Positions 12,930 through 23,050 of a stretch of DNA of 64,000 nucleotides are shown here, piece after piece (within the stretch, counting starts at the first letter, position 1; each line of letters starts with the position of its first letter). Source of the stretch: Octopus bimaculoides. Taxonomy: Eukaryota. The stretch spans positions 21,984,558 to 22,048,557 of the forward strand of contig NC_068986.1 of the NCBI RefSeq assembly GCF_001194135.2. Reading direction: 5' to 3'. Position numbers and translations under genes: made by a program. The notes under the pieces were generated by a model. It was given only the letters and a program-made list of their open reading frames with translations, made no database searches and was not told the origin of the DNA.

Positions 12930-13135
12930 CATCAGACATACCGTTGAAATTGCTAACAAGTCAGTGCTCTGGCAATCAACAGAAGAAGGAAGACAACCTA
13001 TATCGACAACTTGCTGGAGGATACTGGCAAGGAAGGGCTACAGGAGCTGAGAACCATTATGGAAGATCGAGATGAGTGGGGAAAACATGTGGAAACAGTC
13101 ATGGAGCATCTTGAGGAACAACCTAGAGAGATAGA
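12930..13135 (+). mobile_element. RTE-like LINE 3' fragment
   Basis: RRKTTYIDNLLEDTG...ELRTIMEDRDEW. Confidence 0.55.
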
Positions 13136-13351
13136 TATACTATACACCAAAAATTCATTTGTACAATGATTTGAAACTGCATACTGAGTCATACCTTTTA
13201 GTAGAGCATGGCTCTACTAAAATAACCATGTCCTTTTATTATTAGTGTTACTTCCTTTAATTGAAAAAAGAGAGGGTTTTCATTTTGTTTGTAAAAATTT
13301 TCATAATTAATCATATGAAGAAGAGAATTTCAAAGTCTCTGATACCTAGAA

Positions 13352-14059
13352 CCCTTTAGCATTCATATTAGGTGCAGGGGTGGCTGTGTGGTAAGTAGCT
13401 TGCTTACTAACCACATGGTTCCGGGTTCATTCCCACTGCATGGCACCTTCGGCAAGTGTCTTCTACTATAGCGTCGGGCCGACCAAAGCCTTGTGAGTGG
13501 ATTTGGTAGACGGAAACTGAAAGAAGCCTGTCGTGTATATATATATAGTCAANNNNNNNNNNNNNNNNNNNNNNNNNNNNNNNNNNNNNNNNNNNNNNNN
13601 NNNNNNNNNNNNNNNNNNNNNNNNNNNTATATACATACGTGTGTGAGTATGTTTGTGTGTCTGTGTTTGTCATCCCAACATCGCTTGACAACCGATGGTG
13701 GTGTGTTTACGACCCTGTAACTTAGCAGTTCAGCAAAAGAGTAACCGATAGAATAAGTACTACGCTTCCAAAGAACAAGTCCTGGGGTCGATTTGCTCGA
13801 CTAAAGGCGGTGCTCCAGCATGGCCTCAGTCAAATGACTGAAACAAGTAAAAGAGTAAAGAGTATTACTGTCAGATGTGATGCTTATTTATTGACATTGT
13901 TCTGAATTAATCATGAATTAATTTCATAGCTCTGAGATTTCAATGATGTAACTGGGTTTTTGAATGACATTGTAGGGTATGTGTGAGAGGCAAGATCAAG
14001 CCAGTTTGAACATAAAACAGAATATTTTGGCTAGATATGTCCAGTTTAAATGCTAAATG
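13352..14059 (+). mobile_element. Same MITE family, split by a SINE at 13371-13862 (TSD TATTA)
   Basis: CCCTTTAGCATTCA-TATTA-[SINE]-TATTA-CTGTCAG...AATGCTAAATGG. Confidence 0.75.
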
Positions 14060-14616
14060 GATAAATTGTGCATGTGGGCACAGAAACATTCTATTTTTTA
14101 TACAAAGAGACTAAGCTGCAGGAAAATATTAGCACATGTGAACCTAAGACTCCATTCTTTGGCTAAAATATTAGTTATAGTAATAATAACAATCCTTTCT
14201 TCTATCGGAACGAAAATTAAAATTTAGGAGGAGGTGGTGGCTAGTTGATTACATTGACCATGATATTCAACTGGTGTTTATTTCATCATACCCAAAATGA
14301 TGAAAGACAAAGTTGACTGCGGTGGAATTTGAACTCAGAACATAAAGACATATTAAATACCACTAAGCATTTTGATTGGCATGCTAATGATTCTGTTTGG
14401 TTGCCGCCTTAACAACAACAGCAACAACAACAAACTGGCCAGTGCATTCTCTATATCAGCCTAAAATAGAAATATCCAAATATCACAAGCGTAGGATATC
14501 AACTCAATGAACTTGGTTTATGATACATGAGGAGGAAAAGAAATAAAAAATAAACAGAAATGGCAGTGTATTAGCAATAGTTTGAACTAAAATGAATAAT
14601 GAGAAAGAAAACTTAC

Positions 14617-14709
14617 TAGGTTAAAAAGTTGTGCTGCGTTAATGAGTTGTTTATGATGTCAATGTTACATGGTCCAGGCTGGACAAGAATGGAAGCTGGA
14701 TCGGTATAC
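14617..14709 (-). CDS. JMJD8: JMJD8 exon
   Basis: gtatctag|G TAT...ACC TA|gtaagt; YTDPASILVQPGPCNIDIINNSLTQHNFLT. Confidence 0.87.
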
Positions 14710-15189
14710 CTAGATACACCATCATCACAAAAAAAATTTTAAATCAATAAATCAAGCAGGTTACTTAAAATGGTTAATTCTATTCAAACGGCAAAGAATT
14801 ATTCTGCACTGAAGTTGAAATAGCTAAAATATTAATCAAAATGTAATGAACTTGCCAATGATGTTTCCATTATATATATATGGAGATTATATTTATTTAC
14901 TGAACACTATAAACTGTCTGTAGACAAGTTATGGTGTTCAGAAAATAATCTTGCTTTAAATACATTGCCTGTCATTTCAATTTCACCACCTGCTAATTTC
15001 ATTGTGAGATCAAGGCATCATGAACCAATATATAACCAATAAATTCAGTAAAATGCCAAATACATTATCAGTAAATCCATTATCATCGGTTTTATCTGGA
15101 GAGTAAATACATCACAAAATATTGCATTTCATTAACAAAGAAAAGAAATTCAAAGATAAAATTTATTGATATCAATTCATCAATTTATA

Positions 15190-15597
15190 CAATTATATGA
15201 GATGCATTCCAGAAGTTTTGAGACTTTTTTTTTAGGTGTGGCAGTTATAATTTTAGTTTATCATTAGAATACATCTAGTAAGCTGACCTGCCACCTTTTT
15301 ATTCCAGACTGAAGGATACAGCTGCAACAGCTGAAGGAGACAGCACTTTGAACACACTCTACTGAACACTTCTTGTCACAGCTGTCTAGTTTGCAAGCAG
15401 CAGTTAGGAAGCGAAGACAATTTGGAAGTTCACTAGGCGACAAAGTTTTGTGTTAAACTGGATAAAAATGCTACAGAAACATATGAAATGCTCCAGACTG
15501 GTCATGGATTAAATTGTATGAACCAAGCATCTGTTTTTTTTTTTTTTTGCTGGCACAAGAGGTTCAAGGACAATAGAGAGGAGGTGAGAAATTACAG
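15190..15597 (+). mobile_element. Mariner transposon 5' remnant (HTH domain)
   Basis: KFCVKLDKNATETYEMLQT...MNQASVF..WHKRFKDNREEVR. Confidence 0.75.
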
Positions 15598-16567
15598 GAA
15601 ATGTGGAGGGGTGACAGATATCAAAACATCAGAGCTGGGGTCGATTTGCTCAACTAAAAGCTGTGCTTCAGCATAGCTGTGGTCAAATGACTGAAACAAG
15701 TAAAAGAGTAATTCCTAATAATATTTAATTATAAAAATACAGTAAGACTTTTTTTTTTTTTTTACATATATATGATACATTGAAAGGCTATGGAGGTCTA
15801 ATAAAGTAAAACAGGATCAAAGAGGTCCACTGGAAAAAAAATGGTTGAGAACCACTGCATCAGATGAAAATCTCAAACTATTGAAATCCCCAAGACATGG
15901 TTGTGTGGTAAGAAGTTTGCTTCCCAACTACATAGTTTTTGAGACAAAATATATTTTTTACTAATTACTCTTTTACTGACTTGGAATCAAACACAGAAAT
16001 GAATATTGATTTTTAAACATTAAAAATTATTTAGTTATTTTATTAGCAAGCTCGATTACAATCAGGTCATAGTTAAGGAAGAATTTTTGGGGAAAAAAAA
16101 GTACCTGTAAACTATGGCCTAAACTCTCTCAACTATNNNNNNNNNNNNNNNNNNNNNNNNNNNNNNNNNNNNNNNNNNNNNNNNNNNNNNNNNNNNNNNN
16201 NNNNNNNNNNNNNNNNNNNNNNNNNNNNNNNNNNNNNNNNNNNNNNNNNNNNNNNNNNNNNNNNNNNNNNNNNNNNNNNNNNNNNNNNNNNNNNNNNNNN
16301 NNNNNNNNNNNNNNNNNNNNNNNNNNNNNNNNNNNNNNNNNNNNNNNNNNNNNNNNNNNNNNNNNNNNNNNNNNNNNNNNNNNNNNNNNNNNNNNNNNNN
16401 NNNNNNNNNNNNNNNNNNNNNNNNNNNNNNNNNNNNNNNNNNNNNNNNNNNNNNNNNNNNNNNNNNNNNNNNNNNNNNNNNNNNNNNNAATTATTAAAGA
16501 AAGATAAAATGAACATTTGATATCTTTCGTGATTATTAGCGACATCTGTCTATTTATTATCTATCTA

Positions 16568-17259
16568 GGCGTAGGAGTGGCTGTGTGGTAAGTAGCTTGT
16601 TTACGAACCACATGGTTCCGGGTTCAGTCCCACTGCGTGACACCTTGGGCAAGTATCTTCTACTTGAGTGGATTTGGTAAATGGAAACTGAAAGAAGCCC
16701 GTCGTATATATGTATATTTATGTATGTATATGTGTCTGTCCCCCAACATCGCTTGACAACTGATGCTGGTGTGTTTACGACCCCCGTAACTTAGCGGTTC
16801 TGCAAAAGAGGCCGATAGAATAAGGGTAGAGATGGATTATATGTAATCTGAACCTTCCCCCCCTTATTTATTAATTTTTTTTACGGAATCCCACGTTTTA
16901 GGCTATGGAGTTTCCGATTCTGAAAAAAAAAATTTTGAAAAATTTCAANNNNNNNNNNNNNNNNNNNNNNNNNNNNNNNNNNNNNNNNNNNNNNNNNNNN
17001 NNNNNNNNNNNNNNNNNNNNNNNNNNNNNNNNNNNNNNNNNNNNNNNNNNNNNNNNNNNNNNNNNNNNNNNNNNNNNNNNNNNNNNNNNNNAAAAAAAAA
17101 AAAAATTTTAAAGGGGGGGGGTATACCCAGATTACATATACTCCATCTCCACCAGAATAAGTACTAGGCTTACAAAGAATAAGTCCTGGGGTCGATTTGC
17201 TCGACTAAAGGCGGTGCTCCAGCATGGCCACAGTCAAATGATTGAAACAAGTAAAAGAG
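16568..17259 (+). mobile_element. SINE family A copy hosting the 8-bp-TSD MITE
   Basis: Sequence rejoins as ...GATAGAATAAG|TACTAGG... once the MITE is removed. Confidence 0.85.
16825..17153. mobile_element. MITE with 26-bp TIRs and 8-bp TSD, nested in a SINE (contains a gap)
   Basis: GGTAGAGATGGATTATATGTAATCTG versus right-end reverse complement GGTGGAGATGGAGTATATGTAATCTG (24/26); TSD AGAATAAG at 16817-16824 and 17154-17161. Confidence 0.88.
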
Positions 17260-17319
17260 TATCTATACGCGCGCGCTCACACACGTGTGTGTTGTGAGGT
17301 AAAACGCTATGCATTACAG

Positions 17320-17671
17320 TAGGGATTCTCAAATGGGATTCATATAAGATTTTGTGGAGTCCACGCAACAAAATAGTATTTTAAGGGCTTTAGATGAATA
17401 TATTTGTATGTATTGCAAGAAACAGCTGTTTCTTACTCTAACATTTTACATAGTTCAACCTACACAAGATAAACGAAGGTAAAGAATACGCACACCACCC
17501 GTTTTCGACGGTTAGGTTTAGGGTTGCGCCGCCCATAAGTTAATGTGTGAAAGACAAAATAGGAAATTTGAAAAAACTAGTTTTTAAACATCGAAAGGCT
17601 AGAGGGCAGGGTCCACCAGGATAAAACAGTAATTAAAGGATCAATAGATAAAAAATGGTTGAGAACCCATG
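17320..17671. mobile_element. Probable hAT-type MITE
   Basis: Ends TAGGGATTCTCAA ... TTGAGAACCCATG; flanks CATTACAG and AGTTACAG (6/8); the same right end GGTTGAGAACCACTG occurs near 15843. Confidence 0.5.
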
Positions 17672-18140
17672 AGTTACAGTATTGTGTGCGTACATGTGTA
17701 TGAATGTGTGTCTACGTGACAATCTGACAGATCCAGTAATGATTATTACATTGAATTTTTTTATTGATTTTCGTTCGAAACGAGCTTTACAACAACGTCA
17801 TTACTATACGAAATCCTATTAAACACTTCAATTCTTCATATATTGAAGCATAAATTACATAATTATCATTTCGTTACATCACATAATTATTGCGTTTTAC
17901 ATTAGCATTCTTAAAAAAAAAAGCATATTGAAAATAGAAGCTTGAAGAGAGTTAAGATATGGTTATCGAATGAAAGCCGGTTAAAATACAAGATTGATTT
18001 TAATATTATTGCAGACTTCAATCATTTAAATTGTCAACTAACGTAAAATAAATAAAATAAATCAAAATATAGAAAAATCCCTTTAGGAATTTAATAAAAT
18101 CCAATTGGCACTGAAAAGGAAAATTGGAAATTGAAATATA

Positions 18141-18522
18141 GGGCATAACTACACAAGTGTGCTCCCCAACTTTCTTCCTCATAACTTTCAGATAATTTTG
18201 AATTTTTTAATGAAATTTTCTACCAATACCTTTCAGGTAGTGTAGATTACGATTATATTGGGATTTATTGAGAAAAAAATGTATGTGTGGACGCGCACGT
18301 ACATATGGAGACAAGTCACAACTTTTCTCAAAACTTCAAGGTTTATTGTATAAATATATGTGTATCACTACGTATTTGTGAGCACCTACTCATTCTGATT
18401 AAATTCCGATATAATTGGGATCTACCCTAAGGTACTGGTAGAAAATTTTATTAAAAATTATCTATTTGTCTTAAAGTTATGAGGAAACAAGTCAAGTGAG
18501 GGCACGATTGTGTAGTTATTCC
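18141..18522. mobile_element. Foldback element with 100-140 bp imperfect TIRs
   Basis: GGCATAACTACACAA...TTCCTCATAACTTT...AAATTTTCTACCA mirrored at 18420-18522. Confidence 0.8.
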
Positions 18523-18693
18523 AAAAATAAATTATAAATTATAAATTATAAATTAACATTGCTACACTAACGCTTCGATCAAGCAATTTTCGAATATTAC
18601 GTGTACATATATATTATTTATATTTAACATTAAGTGAAGAGATGTTTTATGTAAACAGTGAATGTATAAACAAAAGTATATTATGTCACGCAC

Positions 18694-18776
18694 CAGCCAC
18701 TATCGTCAGCACTGTATATAGATGAGGATAATAACAATAATAACAATGTGTCAAACAGACGGTAAACGCTAATCAT
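18694..18776 (-). CDS. JMJD8: JMJD8 first coding exon, signal peptide
   Basis: ATG ATT AGC...GGC TG|gtgcgt; hydrophobic LLLLLL core, then DDSG(W); phase 2 matches the next exon. Confidence 0.82.
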
Positions 18777-18825
18777 TTTTGTCCAAATGGTTGATTGATA
18801 TAATATTTTAAAAATTAAATGGTTT

Positions 18826-18936
18826 CTTGTAGAAAAAGAGTAGTTTCTTGTTCGTAAAAAGACATTCGCACAAGAAGTGTACCGAGGAATTTTCTCAGAT
18901 ACACAAACACACCGTCGATTCGTATAAATTGCTTAC
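18826..18936 (-). other. Possible 111-nt 5'UTR intron of JMJD8
   Basis: GTAAGC donor at 18936 and tttttctacaag acceptor at 18826, 50 nt upstream of the ATG; inferred from splice signals only. Confidence 0.35.
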
Positions 18937-19387
18937 AAACAAATCTGAAATTGTTCAACTTTACAATTAATATACATTACGAATAAATCTTTATTCAATT
19001 AATTTCTTTAGTTGTTAATTCAGTCATCGCAGTACTTGCTGCTGGTTAAAAGACATACATACGTACATACATACATACATACATACATCAATCCATCCAT
19101 CCATACATACATACATGCGTGTGTGTATATACATTTATACATTCATACATATATTTATATACGTTTACGCATACACACACATACACATAAATACGCGTGC
19201 GCGCACACGCCCAGATGTGGCATTTACTGAAGTAAATTGATATTACGAATATGATGCTATCCTCGTATCTTGTGTCAAAAAATATTCTTTCTTTTCTTAT
19301 TTACTCTTTTTCTGTACTTGACTCTTATTCCATCGTACCATCCAGTTTCTATTCAATTACTCACGTGCTCTGATGTACTACTCAATG

Positions 19388-19434
19388 GCTTTTCTAAGAA
19401 ATAGCTTTTCTAAGAAATAGCTTTTCTGAGAAAT
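19388..19434. promoter_or_regulatory. Three 16-bp tandem units, each holding a TTCN3GAA (STAT/GAS-like) palindrome, upstream of JMJD8
   Basis: TTCTAAGAA at 19392 and 19408, TTCTGAGAA at 19424. The repeat is certain; the function is inferred. Confidence 0.35.
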
Positions 19435-20025
19435 GTTCAATAATTTCTGGAAATAATTTTCATATTTTTAGTTTTTTTTTTAACTGAATCGCTTGTTTAC
19501 GTATTCTCGTGTGTGCGCGTGTGCATGTGTGTCTGCGTCTGCGTATGTATGTATGTATGTATGTATGTGTGTNNNNNNNNNNNNNNNNNNNNNNNNNNNN
19601 NNNNNNNNNNNNNNNNNNNNNNNNNNNNNNNNNNNNNNNNNNNNNNNNNNNNNNNNNNNNNNNNNNNNNNNNNNNNNNNNNNNNNNNNNNNNNNNNNNNN
19701 NNNNNNNNNNNNNNNNNNNNNNNNNNNNNNNNNNNNNNNNNNNNNNNNNNNNNNNNNNTGTGCATGTGTGTCTGCGTCTGCGTATGTATGTATGTATGTA
19801 TGTATGTGTGTACGTATGTACGCGTTTGTGTGTGTTGATGTATATTTGTGTATGTAAATATATGTACGTGTTTAATCGCATGTATGTATATTTGCGTATG
19901 TATGTGCATACATAAATATACATGCATAATAATAAATCGCTGGTGCAATACCAGGTACTGAATTTCATGGCTACTGACCTAAAGTGATTGGAAGTATTAA
20001 CTTGTACATGTTTTGTATTCTTTTC

Positions 20026-20231
20026 TACTCTAGGCACAAGGCCCGCAATTTTTTGGGAGGGGGGCAGTCGATTAGATCGACCCCAGTAGGCAACTGGTAC
20101 TTAATTTATCGACCCCGAAAGGATGAAAGGCAAAGTCGACTTCGGCGGAATTTGAACTCAGAACGTAAAGACAGATGAAATACCGCTAAGCACTTCGCCC
20201 GGCGTGCTAACGTTTCTGCCAGCTCGCTGCC
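20026..20231 (-). mobile_element. tRNA-like SINE, family C
   Basis: Reverse complement reads GGCAGCGAGCTGGCAGAAACGTTAGCACG...GAGTTCAAATTCCGCC. Further copies at about 8096-8700 (x3), 11630-11940, 14190-14410, 24060-24270, 43465-43650 and 62480-62930 (-); 24300-24510, 60885-61085 and 63920-64000 (+). Confidence 0.85.
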
Positions 20232-20232
20232 G

Positions 20233-20672
20233 TATTGGTGTAAAATATGGGCTACAGTAAATATTCTACTCAGTACTACAGATTCGCTTGTCAGTTGCTT
20301 GACCTCAAACATCTGAGCTTGTCTCTTAGTGATTGATATTATGAGCATCTCTCATCACAAGCAGAAATACTGGGGGGTCATCTTTGGAGTTTGAATGATC
20401 CACCCTTGTAAAGATAGGTGTTTCATTCATCATCCTTAGACAACCTTTATTCAGGGACCTTTTCTAACAGGGGCCCTACCTGCAAGGTTTATGTTGATAT
20501 AAGGTCATCATGTCATGCATATATAGTCATGATGCATGTGCCTGGTGTACCCCTATCAGACAGGTAGTCATGTTGGGTATATTGGGCTTTGTATTCTTGT
20601 ACCCTAGTGTCTCTTTAATGTCATATACTGCTCTCTCAAATAATAATAACAACAACAATAATAATAATAATT
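20233..20672 (+). mobile_element. Family E copy, 5'-truncated and diverged
   Basis: Lacks the first 90 or so bp; same 3' end and AAT tail. Confidence 0.7.
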
Positions 20673-21097
20673 ACCTATCACAAACTGAGCAAGTATAAAC
20701 ATCTTGAAATAGAAACTAGCAAAATGTGGAACCTCAAGATTAAAACAATACCTGTTGTCATAGGTGCACTAGGAATGATGGCAAAGGGGGATGATTGCTA
20801 CCTAGCTCAGATACCAGGAAACCCAAAATGGCAGAAATTCAAAAGATAGTGCTCATGGGAACTGCCCATATCCTATATAAAATACTGTCTATGTAATCTC
20901 AAATTTTGAAACAAACTTATAATTTTCTTGTTTTCTTAAACATTCTCTAGAACAATACTATGTGCAAAACCAAATTTATGACACTCTAGGCATAACACCA
21001 ACTTCTTATCTGTTATCTCTTGAGGTCTCTGGGTGATACTTGGAGTCAACTGGTACAAATACAAAGCAAAAGTCAAACAAATAATAATAATAATAAT
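20673..21097 (+). mobile_element. 5'-truncated R4/Dong-like LINE with (AAT)n tail
   Basis: KLSKYKHLEIETSKMWNLKIKTIPVVIGALG...EIQKIVLMGTAHIL..ILSM* (C-terminus of the restriction-like endonuclease domain); AAT repeats on both sides. Confidence 0.75.
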
Positions 21098-21270
21098 CGT
21101 TTAACGTCCACTTTCCATGCTAGCATGGGTTGGACGATTTGACTGAGGACTGGTGAACCAGATGGCTACACCAGGCTCCAATCTGATAATAATCTAATCT
21201 AATAACAATGATGATAATGATAATAACAATGATGAGAAGAAGAAGAAGAAGAAGAAGAAGAAGAAGAAGA

Positions 21271-21870
21271 AATGCCCTGATGCAGTACCAGGCAGTGGCT
21301 CTCATGGCTTTTGATCTTAATTGGTTGCAAGTGTTACCATGTACATTGATTTGTCTTGTGATAAAAGATGGGCAGCGAATATTCTACTCAATATCACAGA
21401 TTTGCTTGTTTGACCTTAAGCAGTTGAGCATTTCCCTTAGTGGCTGACAATATATGCATCTCTGATCACGAGTAGAAATAGTGGGGGAGCATCATAGCCA
21501 TGTGTTCAGAAGAATTCTTTGGGATTTGAATTATTCGCCTCTGGAAACATGGGTGTTTTGTTCATCATACATAAAACAAACCTTATTCAAGGACCTTTTG
21601 AGTGGGATGGGCTACGCAGCCTGAAGAAAATTCTAACTGGACCCCACTTGCAAGGTCATGCACTGTTTGTCTTGATATGAGATCACCATGTCACACACAT
21701 ATGCTTGTGATGCATGTGCCTGGTGTACCCTTATCAGACAAGTAGTCATGATTAGTATATTGGGCTTTATTTATTTGTACCCCAGTGTCACTTCAATGAT
21801 GTGCACTGCTCTCTCACTCAATAATAATAATAATAATGATAATAACAATAATAATAAATAACAATAATAA
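21271..21870 (+). mobile_element. About 550-bp (AAT)n-tailed interspersed repeat, family E, full copy
   Basis: Starts AATGCCCTGATGCAGTACC and ends CACTGCTCTCTCACTC(AAT)n; related copies at 47962-48557, 20233-20672 and 11561-11615. Confidence 0.8.
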
Positions 21871-22569
21871 TTTTACATCATACCCATTATATTTACTTAA
21901 TACAGACAGATAGATAATCAGATAAATAGTTGGTTAGATATATCTTCATTTTTACATCCGTTTTCCATGCTAGCAAGTGTTACTGTGGCTAATTGCTCTA
22001 CTTAACACTAATCACTTTACAGGGTGTATTGTGTACCTTTTATAAAACCAGTGTAACGAGATGTAGCTTTAGAAACCAGGATCAGATCACACTTAGGTCA
22101 GCAATGTGTCATGCATATTAACTAATCAACTTGCTAGAATATCACCCCATATAAGAGCGTGCTCGATTTAGTTCAGGTAGTTCCTGAGTTTCTGTGGTTA
22201 TACAAACCACAACGCATGTAAAAATCAGAAAGTGGCACTTCAGAAAGATAAGCAACAAGCTCTTTAAATCAACAAGTTTTCTCTGCTGAGGCTCAGCCCT
22301 GAATTAAAGGATTCTTTGATAGAGATAGACAAAGCATTATTTATGCCTTACATGTAATTACAAACTCCAGTTGTTATAGCAATATACAGCACTGACAAGT
22401 AATAATGTAAAAATGTAAATTTTGGTTGCAAATTTTTATAACAATAAATGTTAATTAAATAACAATGGCTTTAATTTATTACTGGGACAAACAGTCTACT
22501 GTCATACCAATATATAAAAACCCATATAATTAATGTCACACCAGCTTTATAAAGGTCACCTTGTAACTC

Positions 22570-23050
22570 ACAAGATTAAGGGGATCCCTTTAACTAAAAG
22601 GAAGAATAGGAGAGAGAGGGAGGTAGCTTTGAGCAAGATGTTAAAAGTTTGAAGTATGATAGGAGGAAGATATTCATTGTCAGAGCTATTTTGCATTATG
22701 TACGTGTGGATGAAGGTCAATAGAATAGTGCCAGAAGAGAAATAGAGATGGTGGTGTAGAAATGTTAGAACATAGCTGCAAGGTAACATGTTCAAGAAGG
22801 TGATATAGAAGGGAATGTGGAGCCAGAAGGATGAGGAAGGTTGGGAAATGTTGCAAAGGTGTGTGTTGGGAAGTCAGAGAATGATGGATAAAAATAGGGG
22901 TGAAGGTGCAGAGGATAAATGTAGTAAATGGTGAACAAGGATTAGGGGTGGTTGATGGTAAATATTTGTTGGGACATGATTGAAACGAGGGATTGATGCC
23001 AATAATAAGTAGCTCAGGAAAAAGTAAGGGATGACTGGAAGTACAAAAAT
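22570..23050 (+). mobile_element. Highly decayed RTE-like fragment
   Basis: Purine-rich remnant with EMLQRCVLG-like residues; weak. Confidence 0.35.

Larger units (their letters stand above)
4685..18776 (-). other. JMJD8: JMJD8 gene span (3'-incomplete), 6 coding exons
   Basis: Joined protein: MISVYRLFDTLLLLLLSSSIYSADDSGWYTDPASILVQPGPCNIDIINNSLTQHNFLTYFAYKKPFQIQHHADNTQFRKACSKDNLLQMYGDKIVRLSTANTYSYKKVDVPLRKYLTEYMQPQDLKTPGNETLYWFGENSHEWDTLFKKYTPPPYKIPEMIEAYSFGAA. The blocks VRLSTANTYSY, GNxTLYxFGxN and AYSFG match vertebrate JMJD8 as I recall it. All phases are consistent. Confidence 0.93.

Noticed and set aside
14611-14620. JMJD8 exon ends in TA, suggesting a UAG junction rescued by A-to-I editing
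   Set aside because: The next exon (12054) starts with T, giving TA|T = Tyr, so no stop is formed.
21271-21400. HDV-like ribozyme at the 5' end of family E
   Set aside because: I could not find a P1/P2/P3/P1.1 arrangement by hand; an RNArobo or Infernal search would be needed.
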